In this document: piece by piece, positions 38,699-50,181 of the stretch
Numbering within the stretch: position 1 is the stretch's first letter
How the letters are laid out: every line of letters starts with the position of its first letter
IMG/VR virus record: IMGVR_UViG_3300042483_000388
Length of the DNA: 64,000 bases
From: a virus
Lineage: Duplodnaviria > Caudoviricetes
Reading direction: 5' to 3' (one strand)
Notes under the pieces: model-generated
Told to the model about the DNA's origin: nothing
What the model saw: only the letters and a program-made list of their open reading frames with translations
The model's database searches: none
Made by a program: the position numbers and the translations under genes

Positions 38699-40435
38699 AT
38701 GGAAATAAAACCAAACATTACAATTTTAGCTAGACACGATAAAGCAACTCACCAGACCATAGTTTATAAGGATCATTGTAATATTAGTCAAAAACCAACC
38801 CCAATAAATACTAATTATTTTAACCTTTTTGGTGATGACATAATAGAAAATACTGAAATATATTCAACTATAAAGAATGGAGGTAGATTTTACGAAGATA
38901 AAATATATCCTGATGAAGAAACCTATGTGAAAAATTATGGTAATACTATGGCTTCAGTTTATATGAGCAGGAGGACTTTTGTTATTGAGGAAACCGAAAA
39001 TAAAATTAGTATTAAAATGTTTCAATATTCTTCAGTTAGGGGTGTGAGCAAAAAATTCTTTAGGGTTAGACGAACATTGGATTACCTGACATTCAATTAC
39101 AAAACAAAATTATTTTATACGGGTTGTATAGTATCCAAGAAGAAGAATGTTATAAATAAAAATTTATATGTTAATCCGAATGTTGGTAGACTTTCCTCAT
39201 TCTTTGAAAATTATACAATAATAAACGAAGAACTTACTAAAGATGGTAATTTTAATTTATTCTTTAATAAGATATGGGATAAAATAGGCCTTAAATCTAA
39301 ATATAGTTTGGATCACAAACCAACGACCATTAAAGAAATCTATGCCTTAACCAAATATTTGATTTATGATATTAAATTGCCAAATCAATGGTCTAAATTG
39401 TCGGATCTGTATTTTACAAAGGTTGATTATAAAAAGGGTTCATTCAATTTAGTTGAAACGATTATGAAAAAGTATGAACTTAAGGGAACCTTAATTAGAA
39501 AATTATTAAACGAATATCAGACATTGAACTTGGTGGATACGATATTATTATACCAAATACTTGGTGTTGATAAATTCTCAAAATTAAAAGAAGATTTTTT
39601 TAAAACCGATAAATTTTTATCTAAATGTGAATATATTGATACCACCAGTTGTAAAGAACTTCCAAAAATAACTAACAAAGAAAAAGATTGTTTGTTAAGT
39701 TATTTTAGAGATATTAAAAAACTAGAGGAATCTAATGTTAGAACAGTAATGGATCATATTGGATATAGAAAAACTCTAAACGATTTAGGTGAGATGGTTA
39801 GAATTAAGGCCAAGACAGTTGACGAATTTAATTTAGAACACCAAGAGTGGTCATCACTCATATCTTCTTATCGAAATGGTGATGTTATTAGATATTACGG
39901 AGAGATCAGTGATTTAGAACAAGAAATTAAACACGAAGATGAAATTTACTATCCGGTTCTTTTATTAAATAATTCGGATTTTGATAAGGAATCACAACAC
40001 CAATCAAATTGTGTTAGAACATATATTGAGAGTGCTCATTGTGTTATATTCTCAATTAGAAAAGGAAGTGTGTTAGGGGATGAAAGGGCAACAGTGGAGT
40101 ATCAATACAGAAAAAATGAAATTGTCTGTGTCCAATCACTTGGGAGGTTTAATAACCCATTACCTGAAGATTTTATGGAAGTAGTTAGAAAACACCAAGT
40201 AATGGTTAGTCTATATTACAAAATAAAAATTTTAAAACTACCTAAAATGGTTAAAACATATAGGAATGGAAATGTTGTTGAAAACCAATCAATTTTTAAT
40301 ATGGTCAATAACGGAGACATTAATATATTTCACATGACACCAAAATGGGAAAAAGATTTACCAACAAACCCATCATTTTGGGACCAACCAATACAACGAC
40401 TTGTAGATGACTTTTTTATTGACGAATTACTTTAA
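38699..40435 (+). CDS. PcfJ-like domain protein
   Basis: ESQHQSNCVRTY...IFSIR...RATVEY...VQSLGRFN. Confidence 0.75.
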   Translation: MEIKPNITILARHDKATHQTIVYKDHCNISQKPTPINTNYFNLFGDDIIENTEIYSTIKNGGRFYEDKIYPDEETYVKNYGNTMASVYMSRRTFVIEETENKISIKMFQYSSVRGVSKKFFRVRRTLDYLTFNYKTKLFYTGCIVSKKKNVINKNLYVNPNVGRLSSFFENYTIINEELTKDGNFNLFFNKIWDKIGLKSKYSLDHKPTTIKEIYALTKYLIYDIKLPNQWSKLSDLYFTKVDYKKGSFNLVETIMKKYELKGTLIRKLLNEYQTLNLVDTILLYQILGVDKFSKLKEDFFKTDKFLSKCEYIDTTSCKELPKITNKEKDCLLSYFRDIKKLEESNVRTVMDHIGYRKTLNDLGEMVRIKAKTVDEFNLEHQEWSSLISSYRNGDVIRYYGEISDLEQEIKHEDEIYYPVLLLNNSDFDKESQHQSNCVRTYIESAHCVIFSIRKGSVLGDERATVEYQYRKNEIVCVQSLGRFNNPLPEDFMEVVRKHQVMVSLYYKIKILKLPKMVKTYRNGNVVENQSIFNMVNNGDINIFHMTPKWEKDLPTNPSFWDQPIQRLVDDFFIDELL

Positions 40436-40453
40436 TTTATATATATTTGTATT

Positions 40454-43400
40454 ATGAAAAAACCAACAATACTAACAACAAAGGGAATGGGTGAAGTTAA
40501 TGATATTTATATTTCAGGGTTAGGATATTTAATGGTAAGAGTGTCTTTTGAAAATGGGACATATGTTACATATAATTTAGGAATGCACGACATAGAAGAT
40601 AATATATTAACAAATGAGATATTAAAAACTAAATGATATGACAGAGAACGAAGTAAAATTATTGGGACTTATAAAGGAGTATGGTTTTGAGGATGACAAT
40701 CCAGAATTTTATTATTACGCTTATGATGTTGTAGATGGGATAACATTTATATCTTCAGCGAGTGATGTGGTTGAAGACGATAATTGGTATGTTGATATAT
40801 TTAATACGGATCCAATAATAAGATTCTATGAGTTTGGTCAAGTTCAGGGATTATTAAATACTCTTGAAAAAAATATACTAAAAAAATAAACATATGTTTA
40901 AAAGAATTAAATGGTGGATAGAGGATGTGTATTACAATACCATCAATGGTGTCAGGTCGATCATAAAATATACACCAACGGTTTTTAGAATGAGAGATTA
41001 TGATAGAGACTTTACCGTTTTAATATTCAAAAAGAGTTTAGAACAACTTTGCGATAGGATTGAATTCAAAGGGAGTGAGGTTGAGGATGAAAGAATGAAA
41101 AAGGTTAAAGACATGAGACGAGTGATTGAATTGATGGATAATTTTCTTGCTGATAATTATCTTGAAAGATCTGGGTATGATGATAATTTTAAAATTACAT
41201 TTGAAAAATATTCTGATTCGGATAAACTTTACCAATTAAAGGATACCTGCACTAAAGAACAAAAAAAACGTAACGATAACTCAATTAAATTGGCTCATAA
41301 GTTAGAAAACAATGAGTGGAACGAGATTTGGGACACAATTAAAAAGGGAAAAGAATCAAACATTGGCCTTCAGGGTTGGTGGGACTAAAATTAAAAAAAT
41401 GGAAAATAGAAGTAAACATTACGGAGACGTGGTAAAATGGGTTGAAAAAGTAATTGATTCTTGTGAAACGTATCAACAAATATTAAGCGCTAAAATGTTA
41501 ATACATAATTTTGATGAACAAATGTATCGTAACAAATTAAATATAAGTTTGATTTGGAGTATAAGAGCCTCATTGGATTTGTCGTTGTCTTTTAAGCGAA
41601 ATGAAATAATGGGAAAATAATTTAAGAATATGGAAGGTAAATTAGATAAATTAGAAAATGAATGGCTTATTCGTTATGTTAAAAATAATGACATTGTTTA
41701 TTATGATTTATGTGATGAAAGTAAAAAATGGACCAATAAAGATAATATTGCAAAAATTTTAAAAAAAGATGACGAAATTGTCTTTGATTTGGTTACTAGT
41801 GGAAGATTTAGTAAATCTCAGGATATGATTGTAAAAGAATTTTGTGGAAAAATAAGGTATTTTGATCCTAAAAATATAAAATAATTAATTACCTAAAATA
41901 TGGTAGATATAGATAATTATAAAATTATTAAATATTCATACAAATTAAGTAATGAAGAATTAATAATGGAGTTATGGGAAAAGATGACTTTCGAAGACAC
42001 CCAATGGTCGGTTAAATTAACTCTGGAAGGAATTTGTGATACGTCAGAAGAAGGAACACCACAGTCGTGGGATATTATATTGGTAGAACCAAAACTTGAG
42101 GAAAAAGTTGAAAAGATTCTATACAAATACGATATTGAATATCTTAAAGAAGACATAACAGATTTATTAATAACGAATACGAGTAGTTTTACTGCAAATT
42201 TTTTGGGTAAACTTTATGATTATTTAGATGACAACTTAACGGTAAATGGTATTTTAGATAATATAAATGAAATCGGTATTGACAACATAAGTGTTTTTGA
42301 AAGACATTACCTAAACCAAATAAAATAACATTAAGTTTTAATGGAAGAACGATTTTTAGAAAAATCAACATTTTTTTTCATGATGGCATCACCATTATTT
42401 GGGTTTATAACCGTTATCTTATGGTTGGTATGTAAAATATTAAACATACCGGATGAATCAATATTTGTTGATTTAATTTATGTTTGTTTATTTGCATGGA
42501 TTGGACTATCAATTATATTTTTATTATTATTCATCATATCTTATTTTTAAATTATGTTAGAAGGAATTGTTGAATATTTCCAAGATGAGGAGATTCTTAA
42601 AGCCGATGGGTTTGATGATGCGGTAATTGGTATTGATACCGGAACGATGAGGTTAATCTATTCTGTAACCCGTTGTGTTGAAATATTAATAGTGGATGGT
42701 ATGGATATGAATGAAGCAATTGAATATTTTGATTTTAACGTTAGAGGTAGTTATGTTGGTGAAAAGACACCAATATGGTGTGATGATATGTATATACTTT
42801 AAAAAATAAAAAATCCAACAGGAAAAAAATAGGTGAAAAAATAAGTTAAGATGGGATTTGATGATAAAATAATGAATTTAAGTAGGACGATATATCAAAC
42901 GTCGGTGATGGATCACGTATCAAAAAAAAATCCAACAGGTCAAATTGATAAAATAAAAAATATGATCCGAGAGTTTATTAGAATGGAAGTGGTTCCATAT
43001 GAATTAACAAACCAAGAAAAACTATCATTCATTCTTGATAATGAGTATAAAATTACTTTTGCGGTTTTGAACGGACATCGGGCTAACAATGGTGATGAGT
43101 TCCAAAAAACAAGAGTTAAAATTGAAAAATACAGAAAAGAATTAAAAATATTATGAGTGAAAAAATAACACCTTACATAGGGTCGGATGGGGATTTTTAT
43201 ATGGACGACGACGAAATAAAATTATGGGACAACACATTAATGGATGGACTTAAAGAAATTAAAGTTGAGGAAGTAATTGACAAAATCAGAAATTATTACA
43301 ATACCTGTTGTGATATTGATGGAAGACCACCATCTAAAATAGAATTCAACGAGTTTCTTGATTCATTAGAAAAAAAATTGTAGATTTGTCCTATGGGAAA

Positions 43401-43638
43401 AATAACAATAGAATTTGATTCGGTAGAAGAATCACAAGATGCAAGAGTGGCACTTGATGGTTATAAATGGAAATTAGCAATGTGGGATCTTGATCAAAAG
43501 TTAAGAGCGACAACCAAACACGGAATCAAGTTTTATTCCAATGAAGAAGCGTCAAGTGAGGAAATGGAAATCTGTGAAAAAATAAGAGATGAAATCAGAG
43601 AGACTCTTGATGGTTATGGTTTAAATTTAAACGATTAA
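40454..43638 (+). CDS. run of small hypothetical genes (40454, 40638, 40894, about 41400, 41630, 41900, 42341, 42554, 42851, 43153, 43393)
   Basis: Densely packed plus-strand ORFs of 60-165 aa; no recognisable catalytic motifs. Confidence 0.6.
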
Positions 43639-43644
43639 AAAGAT

Positions 43645-45823
43645 ATGAAACAAACAGCAGTAGAATGGTTATTTAATGAATTAAAAGTAGGTGACAAAGT
43701 TAAGACTAATCTTTCAGGAATGGCTATTGTAATAGAAGTAGGATGCTATGGAGGTAAAATGATAAAACTTAAATGTGATAAACCAAAATGGTCTTGTCCT
43801 TACTTTTATGAACGTGAATTAGATTTAACCTTTAAATCAGAATAAGATGAAAGCAAGAATCATAAAAAGAACAAATGTAGATGGCAGAGTTGAATTTGTA
43901 ATACAGCAAAGACACTTCTTATTTCGATGGTGGTGGGTAGATGCTTGGTTGAATAATGATGCATGGACAATAGATAGTTTTCCTACATTAGAACAAGCAC
44001 AAAACCACTTATGCTACTTTAACGGAAGCAAAGGCAAAGAAGAAGTAATTAACCTTTCAAAATAAGATGAATACAATAGAGTTCAAACAGAAACTAAAAG
44101 AACATATTGATTTACAATATGAAAGATTGAAGGAAACAAGAAACTTAGAAAAAAGTTTTGAAGGTCTTAATATATGGGAAAAAAAGTTCCAAAAAATTGA
44201 AATTGCAGAAAGTATTTTATTAGAATACATTGAAACACTAAAATACACCAAAAAAAGATGGTTTGGAAAATCTGAAGTCCTTTACAGGGATGTTAAAGAT
44301 TGGGAGTTTTATAATTTCTATTTAGAAAAAGGTGCAAGATATTGTGGACATGGGACTTTATCAGATGAACAAAATAGACAAGGATATAGGGATTTTATGG
44401 ACCCACTAAGAGAAGCACAAAGTATACTTAACCAAATAATTAAATCAGAATAGTATGAAACAGACAGCAGTAGAGTGGTTAGTTGAAGAGTTACCACACC
44501 TTGAAGCAAAACTTCTTAGAAAGATAATTGAACAAGCCAAAGAAATGGAGAAAGAGCAGATAATAGATTTTGGGTATGATATAGCAGAAGATTTAGCTTG
44601 TGGTAAGTATAGAGATAAAAAAGCTATGGAAGAAAGATATAATGAATATTTAACCTTTAAATCAGAATAAGATGTGGGTAAGAAATGTAAGCGGATGGGT
44701 TTTCTTTGAGGTAACATACACAATTCAAGGAATACCAATGATTATACCAAAGAAAAAATAAATGCAATGGTATATTGCCAACAAGGATTTTAAAAATAAA
44801 ACAAAATAAATAAAAAATATGAAAAAATTAATGATTAGTATCGCGTTAATGTTAAACTTAAATGTTAATGCACAATGGATGAACAAAAATATTAATAATG
44901 GGTTTGATGATCCTTATCGGATATGTTATACCGCAGAAAATAATGGATCAGTTTTAAAGTTAGAAAATGTGGACGGATCAATATTTTTTTATCTTCAGGG
45001 TGGGTATACTTGTGATGAATACCCAACGGTAGACTTATCTTTTTTAGTTAATGGTTCTTATGTGAAATACTCTGAACCTATGGAAGTTTCTGAAGATAGA
45101 ACAATTATATGGATAGTCGATAACTTAATGGAAAGCACTATACTTAACGACTTTAAACTATGTAGTTTATTAAAAATTAGGGTAAATGATATAACTTGCT
45201 CATCTGAAGTTTTTACCTTTAACATGGGAGGAAGCACATCGGCACTTAAGTTTATTGGTGAGAAATAATGAATAACCTAGATAAACAGTTAAATAAAATA
45301 ACATCAAGAATAGATGTAGAAGAGTTTAACCGTAACGCAAAAGAAGTCTTTGAAAATGAGGTTGTCCCACAAATAAAGAGAGCTAAAGAAGATAATATGA
45401 CAGCAGTAGAATGGTTGGGTAAAGAATTAGAATCATATGGCGATCCGGGATATTGTAAAATAGAATGGGAAACATTAGATTTACTAATACAACAAGCCAA
45501 AGAAATGGATAAGGAAAATTTAGAATCCCTCAAGGATTTTGAGACTTGGAAAGAATGGAAAAACAAAACAGAATAAGATGAGTTACTACAGAATACAAAT
45601 TGAAGAACTCCAAAACGGAGAAAAAAGGTATATACCACAAAAAGGTGAATTACATATCTCACGTAGTTGGATACAACGACAAGAAATTAGATGGAGAAGT
45701 ATTGGTGATGCTAGATATATCAGTGAAACTGAAGCTATGATTATTATTGATCAACATAAAAAGTCAGAGGAAATTCAAAGACAGACACAGGTCGTATCTT
45801 CAACATATAAAATGATTGACTAA
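43645..45823 (+). other. array of small cassette-like genes with shared start (MKQTAVEWL) and end (TFKSE*) sequences
   Basis: ORFs 43645, 43847, 44067, 44455, 44819 (signal peptide), 45268, 45578; identical 25-mer ttaacctttaaatcagaataagatg at 43825 and 44650. Confidence 0.75.
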
Positions 45824-46656
45824 TGAATAAGGCCGATAACTATTACATTCAAAACATTCAAAAAATTATGTCAGAAGGTTCTTGGGATGAAAATCCAAGA
45901 CCAAAATATCCTGATGGAACACCAGCAAACTCAAGATTTATCACGCAGGTGTTTGAGGAATACGATATTTCAAAAGGAGAATACCCAATTCCGACATTAC
46001 GAAATACCGCAATCAAAACAGGTATTAAAGAGATACTATGGATTTATCAAAAACAAAGTTCATCATTGGAGGTTGCTCGTGAAATGGGTGTTAATTGGTG
46101 GGACGAATGGAATATTGGTGATGATACAATCGGACAAAGATATGGTGCGACAATCAAAAGATATGATTTGATGAATAAACTGTTGGGTGATTTGGTTAGT
46201 GATCCATTTGGTAGAAGACACATTATGAATATGTATCAGGAACAAGATTTATGGGAAACTAATGGATTATTCCCTTGTGCTTATGAAACAATATGGTCAG
46301 TTAGAAAAGTGGATGATGAGTTAGTTCTTGATATGACTTTAATCCAAAGATCCTCAGATTTTTTAATTGCTGGATTCATAAACAAAATACAATATCTAGC
46401 ATTACAAATGATGGTTGCCGGACATTGTGGATATAAGGTTGGAAAGTTTTGTCATTTGACTCAGAATCTTCATATCTATGATCGTCATTTTGATGCTGTC
46501 ACAGAAATAATTCACAGAATACCCTTTGAAGAAAATTACCCATATATTGTCTTGGGTGGGAATAAGGATTTCTATAATTACACAATCGATGATTTCAAAA
46601 TTTACAACACAAATGACATAAAAAAAATTGATAACCACTTAGAGTTAGCAATATAA
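45823..46656 (+). CDS. thyA: thymidylate synthase
   Basis: ELW/EILW-type motif KEILW, GQRYG, LFPCAY catalytic Cys, QRSSD, NLHIYDRH. Confidence 0.92.
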   Translation: MNKADNYYIQNIQKIMSEGSWDENPRPKYPDGTPANSRFITQVFEEYDISKGEYPIPTLRNTAIKTGIKEILWIYQKQSSSLEVAREMGVNWWDEWNIGDDTIGQRYGATIKRYDLMNKLLGDLVSDPFGRRHIMNMYQEQDLWETNGLFPCAYETIWSVRKVDDELVLDMTLIQRSSDFLIAGFINKIQYLALQMMVAGHCGYKVGKFCHLTQNLHIYDRHFDAVTEIIHRIPFEENYPYIVLGGNKDFYNYTIDDFKIYNTNDIKKIDNHLELAI

Positions 46657-46672
46657 CTTAATAATAAAAAAA

Positions 46673-46993
46673 ATGAAAGAACAAGAAATTAAGAAAGAAA
46701 CAACACCAAAGAAAAAATATTATAAACCAAAAATGAAAAGAGAAATTTTAGAAATTGACGTTCCTAAAATTGGAGATAAAATCCATGTCGTAGTTGCAAA
46801 TTCAGAAAAACCATATTTTGAATACAAAAAACTAATAACAAATAAAAATGTTGGTAGTTATTTTATGGGTAATGGAAAAGGATTCCATATCTATTTGGAG
46901 AAAAAACCAAATTGGTTACATAGAAAATGTATGGAACTATTTTTAGGTTGGAAATGGATAGAAAATAATGAGGTAAAATCACATAAATTTTAA
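46673..46993 (+). CDS. hypothetical protein
   Basis: 106-aa ORF. Confidence 0.6.
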   Translation: MKEQEIKKETTPKKKYYKPKMKREILEIDVPKIGDKIHVVVANSEKPYFEYKKLITNKNVGSYFMGNGKGFHIYLEKKPNWLHRKCMELFLGWKWIENNEVKSHKF

Positions 46994-47024
46994 AATAAAT
47001 CATATTTATCATTAAAAGATAATT

Positions 47025-47906
47025 ATGAAAGTATTAAAGTTAGGATCAAAAGGTAAAGAAGTGGAGGATCTACAAAGATACCTAAAAATAAAGGTTGACG
47101 GAGATTTTGGTGTTAAAACGGAAGAATCTGTTAAAAAATTCCAAAAGGAAAACAAATTAACCCCAGATGGTATTGTAGGTCAAAAAACTTGGAATGCTAT
47201 GGGATTTGTATCAACAGATCTATCTGAAACAATAATTACAACAGAAAAGTTAATTATAGATCAAAAATATATGGATAGCGATGAATATCTTCTTGGGCCA
47301 ACCAAAAAAGAATATTTGTTTTTACACCACACCGCAGGAGGACATGACCCATATGCTGTTGGTAAAATGTGGAATAATGATACAAGAGGTAGAATAGGAA
47401 CTGAATTTATTTTAGGTGGACAATCAGTGTTCAACGGGAACGACATTTATGATGGAACAATTGTTCAATGTTTTCCTGAAGGATCTTACGCTTGGCACTT
47501 AGGTGATAATGGATCTGATTATATGCATTCACACTCAGTTGGAATTGAAACTTGTAATTTTGGACCAATCAAAAATGGTTTAACATATACAGGTCAAAAG
47601 GCTAACCAAGATCAAATTGTTACTTTATCTAAAGAATTTAGAGGACATAAAACTTGGCATAGATATTCTGACCGGCAGATTCTTAAACTAAAAGAATTAA
47701 TTTTATTTATTGGTAACAGAGATAATATAGACATTCACACAGGGTTAATTCAAGGGATCAAAAAAAATGGGGCTGGTGGATTTGATTTTAATTCGGACGC
47801 TTATTATGGTAAGGTTAAAGGTATGTGGACGCACACCAATACCAGAAAAGACAAAACAGATATGTTTCCACAACAGGAATTAATGGATATGTTGTTGAGT
47901 ATCTAA
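47025..47906 (+). CDS. endolysin: PG-binding domain + N-acetylmuramoyl-L-alanine amidase
   Basis: LKLGSKG..V..LQ...VDGDFG..T..VKKFQ...L.PDGIVG; LHHTAG, GIE, WTH..RKDK.D. Confidence 0.88.
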   Translation: MKVLKLGSKGKEVEDLQRYLKIKVDGDFGVKTEESVKKFQKENKLTPDGIVGQKTWNAMGFVSTDLSETIITTEKLIIDQKYMDSDEYLLGPTKKEYLFLHHTAGGHDPYAVGKMWNNDTRGRIGTEFILGGQSVFNGNDIYDGTIVQCFPEGSYAWHLGDNGSDYMHSHSVGIETCNFGPIKNGLTYTGQKANQDQIVTLSKEFRGHKTWHRYSDRQILKLKELILFIGNRDNIDIHTGLIQGIKKNGAGGFDFNSDAYYGKVKGMWTHTNTRKDKTDMFPQQELMDMLLSI

Positions 47907-47928
47907 TTTATTTTTGTATATTTGTATT

Positions 47929-48621
47929 ATGAAACTCTCCATAATATCTGATACTCACAACAAACACAAACACGTTACAGGTGATTTACCTGGTGGCGAT
48001 TTGTTAATTCACTCGGGAGACATTTCTTCTATGGGTTACGAACACGAGATTACTCAGTTTGCTGATTGGTATGACAAAATTGCAACTTACGATCATAAAG
48101 TATTCATTGCTGGTAATCACGATTGGGGTTTCCAAAACAATGTTGAAAAAGTAAAAGGATTGTTAACGGGATATAAAACTATTGATTATATCCAAGACGA
48201 GTTAATAACCATACAAGATGGTAATGGACCTGAAGTTAAAATTTGGGGTAGTCCTTGGCAACCTGAGTTCTATAATTGGGCGTTTAACCTTCCTCGCAAT
48301 GGGGAAGAGTTGAAAGCGGTATGGGATATGATTCCTGAAGGAATCGATATCTTGATTACTCACGGACCAGCTTGGGGAATGTTAGATGATGTTGAAGGTA
48401 ACCGAAATGTTCACTTGGGTTGTGAATTACTTGCTGAACGAATCAAACAGATCAAACCTAAGATCCACATCTGTGGGCACATCCATAGTGGACACGGACA
48501 CTACTACGATGGTCATACACACTACTTCAATGCTGCGGTGTTGAATGAGCGATACCTTTATTCTCACAAGCCTTGGATTATTGATTGGAATCCAACAACT
48601 AACGAAATTGATTTTTTATAA
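47929..48621 (+). CDS. metallophosphoesterase (MPPED-like)
   Basis: ISDTH, HSGD, AGNHD, ITHGP, CGHIH; start reset to MKLSII. Confidence 0.9.
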   Translation: MKLSIISDTHNKHKHVTGDLPGGDLLIHSGDISSMGYEHEITQFADWYDKIATYDHKVFIAGNHDWGFQNNVEKVKGLLTGYKTIDYIQDELITIQDGNGPEVKIWGSPWQPEFYNWAFNLPRNGEELKAVWDMIPEGIDILITHGPAWGMLDDVEGNRNVHLGCELLAERIKQIKPKIHICGHIHSGHGHYYDGHTHYFNAAVLNERYLYSHKPWIIDWNPTTNEIDFL

Positions 48622-48630
48622 ATAAATAAA

Positions 48631-48657
48631 GTAGGACCAAAAAGCCTACTTTTTTGT
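48631..48657 (+). terminator. intrinsic terminator
   Basis: aaagtagg-accaaaaag-cctacttt plus T-tract. Confidence 0.6.
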
Positions 48658-48687
48658 TTTACCTTATATTTATAATAAAATTGAATT

Positions 48688-49308
48688 ATGAAAAAAGGTG
48701 ATTTAACGTCAAAATTATATGATGAATTAAAGAAAAGAAACTTGTTTGAAGAAGATAACGAAGAAGACGATAACGAATATTCGGATAATGATGATGAAGA
48801 TAATGATGATTCGGAAAGTAATGGTCTTTATAAATTAAGTAGTAAAGCTATTAAAATTTTAACTGATAGAATTAAAGACGAATACACCGCTCATTATTAT
48901 TATAGAGCTGCCGCTAACTGGTGTCAGGATATGAACTATAAGAAAGCTGCTGAGTTCTTTAAGAATGAGGCTAAAGATGAATTAAAACACTCACAGAAAC
49001 TTCAAGAGTATATGACGGATTTTAATATCATCCCTGAAATACCACAAGCCCCAACTAAACACTCATTTAATAATTTAATTGGTATTATTACTGGAGCGTA
49101 TAAAATGGAGTTAGGTTTGATGAAAGCATATAATAAAGACTCACTTAGCCTATTCAAAGAAGACATCACTACTTTTGATTTTTTAACCGAATTTAGGGAG
49201 ATTCAAAAAGGTGCCGTTGTGGAATATAACGATTTAATTAATGCTAGTGAATTGATAGATAAGACAGATAAGTTCCAAGTATTGTATTTCGAACAAACTT
49301 ATTTCTAA
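48688..49308 (+). CDS. ferritin-like protein with acidic N-terminal extension
   Basis: DEYTAHYYY...AAEFF...DELKH...ELG...EIQ ferroxidase-like helices. Confidence 0.85.
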   Translation: MKKGDLTSKLYDELKKRNLFEEDNEEDDNEYSDNDDEDNDDSESNGLYKLSSKAIKILTDRIKDEYTAHYYYRAAANWCQDMNYKKAAEFFKNEAKDELKHSQKLQEYMTDFNIIPEIPQAPTKHSFNNLIGIITGAYKMELGLMKAYNKDSLSLFKEDITTFDFLTEFREIQKGAVVEYNDLINASELIDKTDKFQVLYFEQTYF

Positions 49309-50153
49309 AGTTTTACAGGAGCCGAAGTCATAACATAAATATCGTCCTCACTAGTGCCTGTAAAATCTCCGGAATATTTGTGTAAAATATAATGATAGTC
49401 TACCATATCTTCCCACCTTTCCGAATCATTAGATCGAACAAACAATACATCTTTCGACATTAATTCATCAATCTCTTCATCGGTTAAAATTTTATCCTCT
49501 TCAATACCTAAGGAATATGTATTAAATGTAATACAGGTTATCTCGTCAATATTGTAATATTCTGTATCAGATTCCATCTCTCCAGCACCCCCACAATAAT
49601 CACATTCAATATATCCGTTACCATCACAACCACTACACGTTTGATAGCCGTCACCATTACATTCAGAACAATCGTTACTTCCATCACCATCACAACTATA
49701 GCAAGCATTGCCTTCCTCATCTTCACCTGAACCACTACAATCACTACAAATTTCATTACCACTTCCATCACAACTATAACAATCCACCGTTCCATTACGA
49801 TTACAATTATCGCAGTCTTCCCTCCCATAACCATCACACTCGTCACAAGTTTCTGTTACGGTATCGGGTTCATCATAATTTATTAACTCATATGTTAATA
49901 AATTATTTGCGATCATAGACTCAATTTTTGAAATATCTACGTTTTTATATAGTAAAGTAGTAATAAACACAACTTTATATGTATCCGATTCGGATAATCG
50001 TGAAGTTAAGAGAGTTAATAATTCGTCCGATTTAATTAAATTAAATATCTTGGTTGGATTTGTTAAGATTACATTATTATCCCCAATCTCATCTTTTAGA
50101 TGGTTTAATATTTGTTTTCCAAAAACTCTAAGTTTATTAAATGGTAGTGACAT
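49305..50153 (-). CDS. protein with eight CxxC(xGxG) DnaJ-type zinc-finger motifs
   Basis: CDEC, CDNC, CYSC, CSDC, CYSC, CSEC, CSGC, CDYC; no J domain. Confidence 0.8.
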   Translation of the reverse strand: MSLPFNKLRVFGKQILNHLKDEIGDNNVILTNPTKIFNLIKSDELLTLLTSRLSESDTYKVVFITTLLYKNVDISKIESMIANNLLTYELINYDEPDTVTETCDECDGYGREDCDNCNRNGTVDCYSCDGSGNEICSDCSGSGEDEEGNACYSCDGDGSNDCSECNGDGYQTCSGCDGNGYIECDYCGGAGEMESDTEYYNIDEITCITFNTYSLGIEEDKILTDEEIDELMSKDVLFVRSNDSERWEDMVDYHYILHKYSGDFTGTSEDDIYVMTSAPVKL

Positions 50154-50181
50154 TACATATAAATATATTATATTTTTAAAT

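Noticed and set aside
2711-50165. T4-type late promoters TATAAATA on the plus strand
   Set aside because: The instances examined lie upstream of minus-strand genes, so the motif in gene orientation is TATTTATA.
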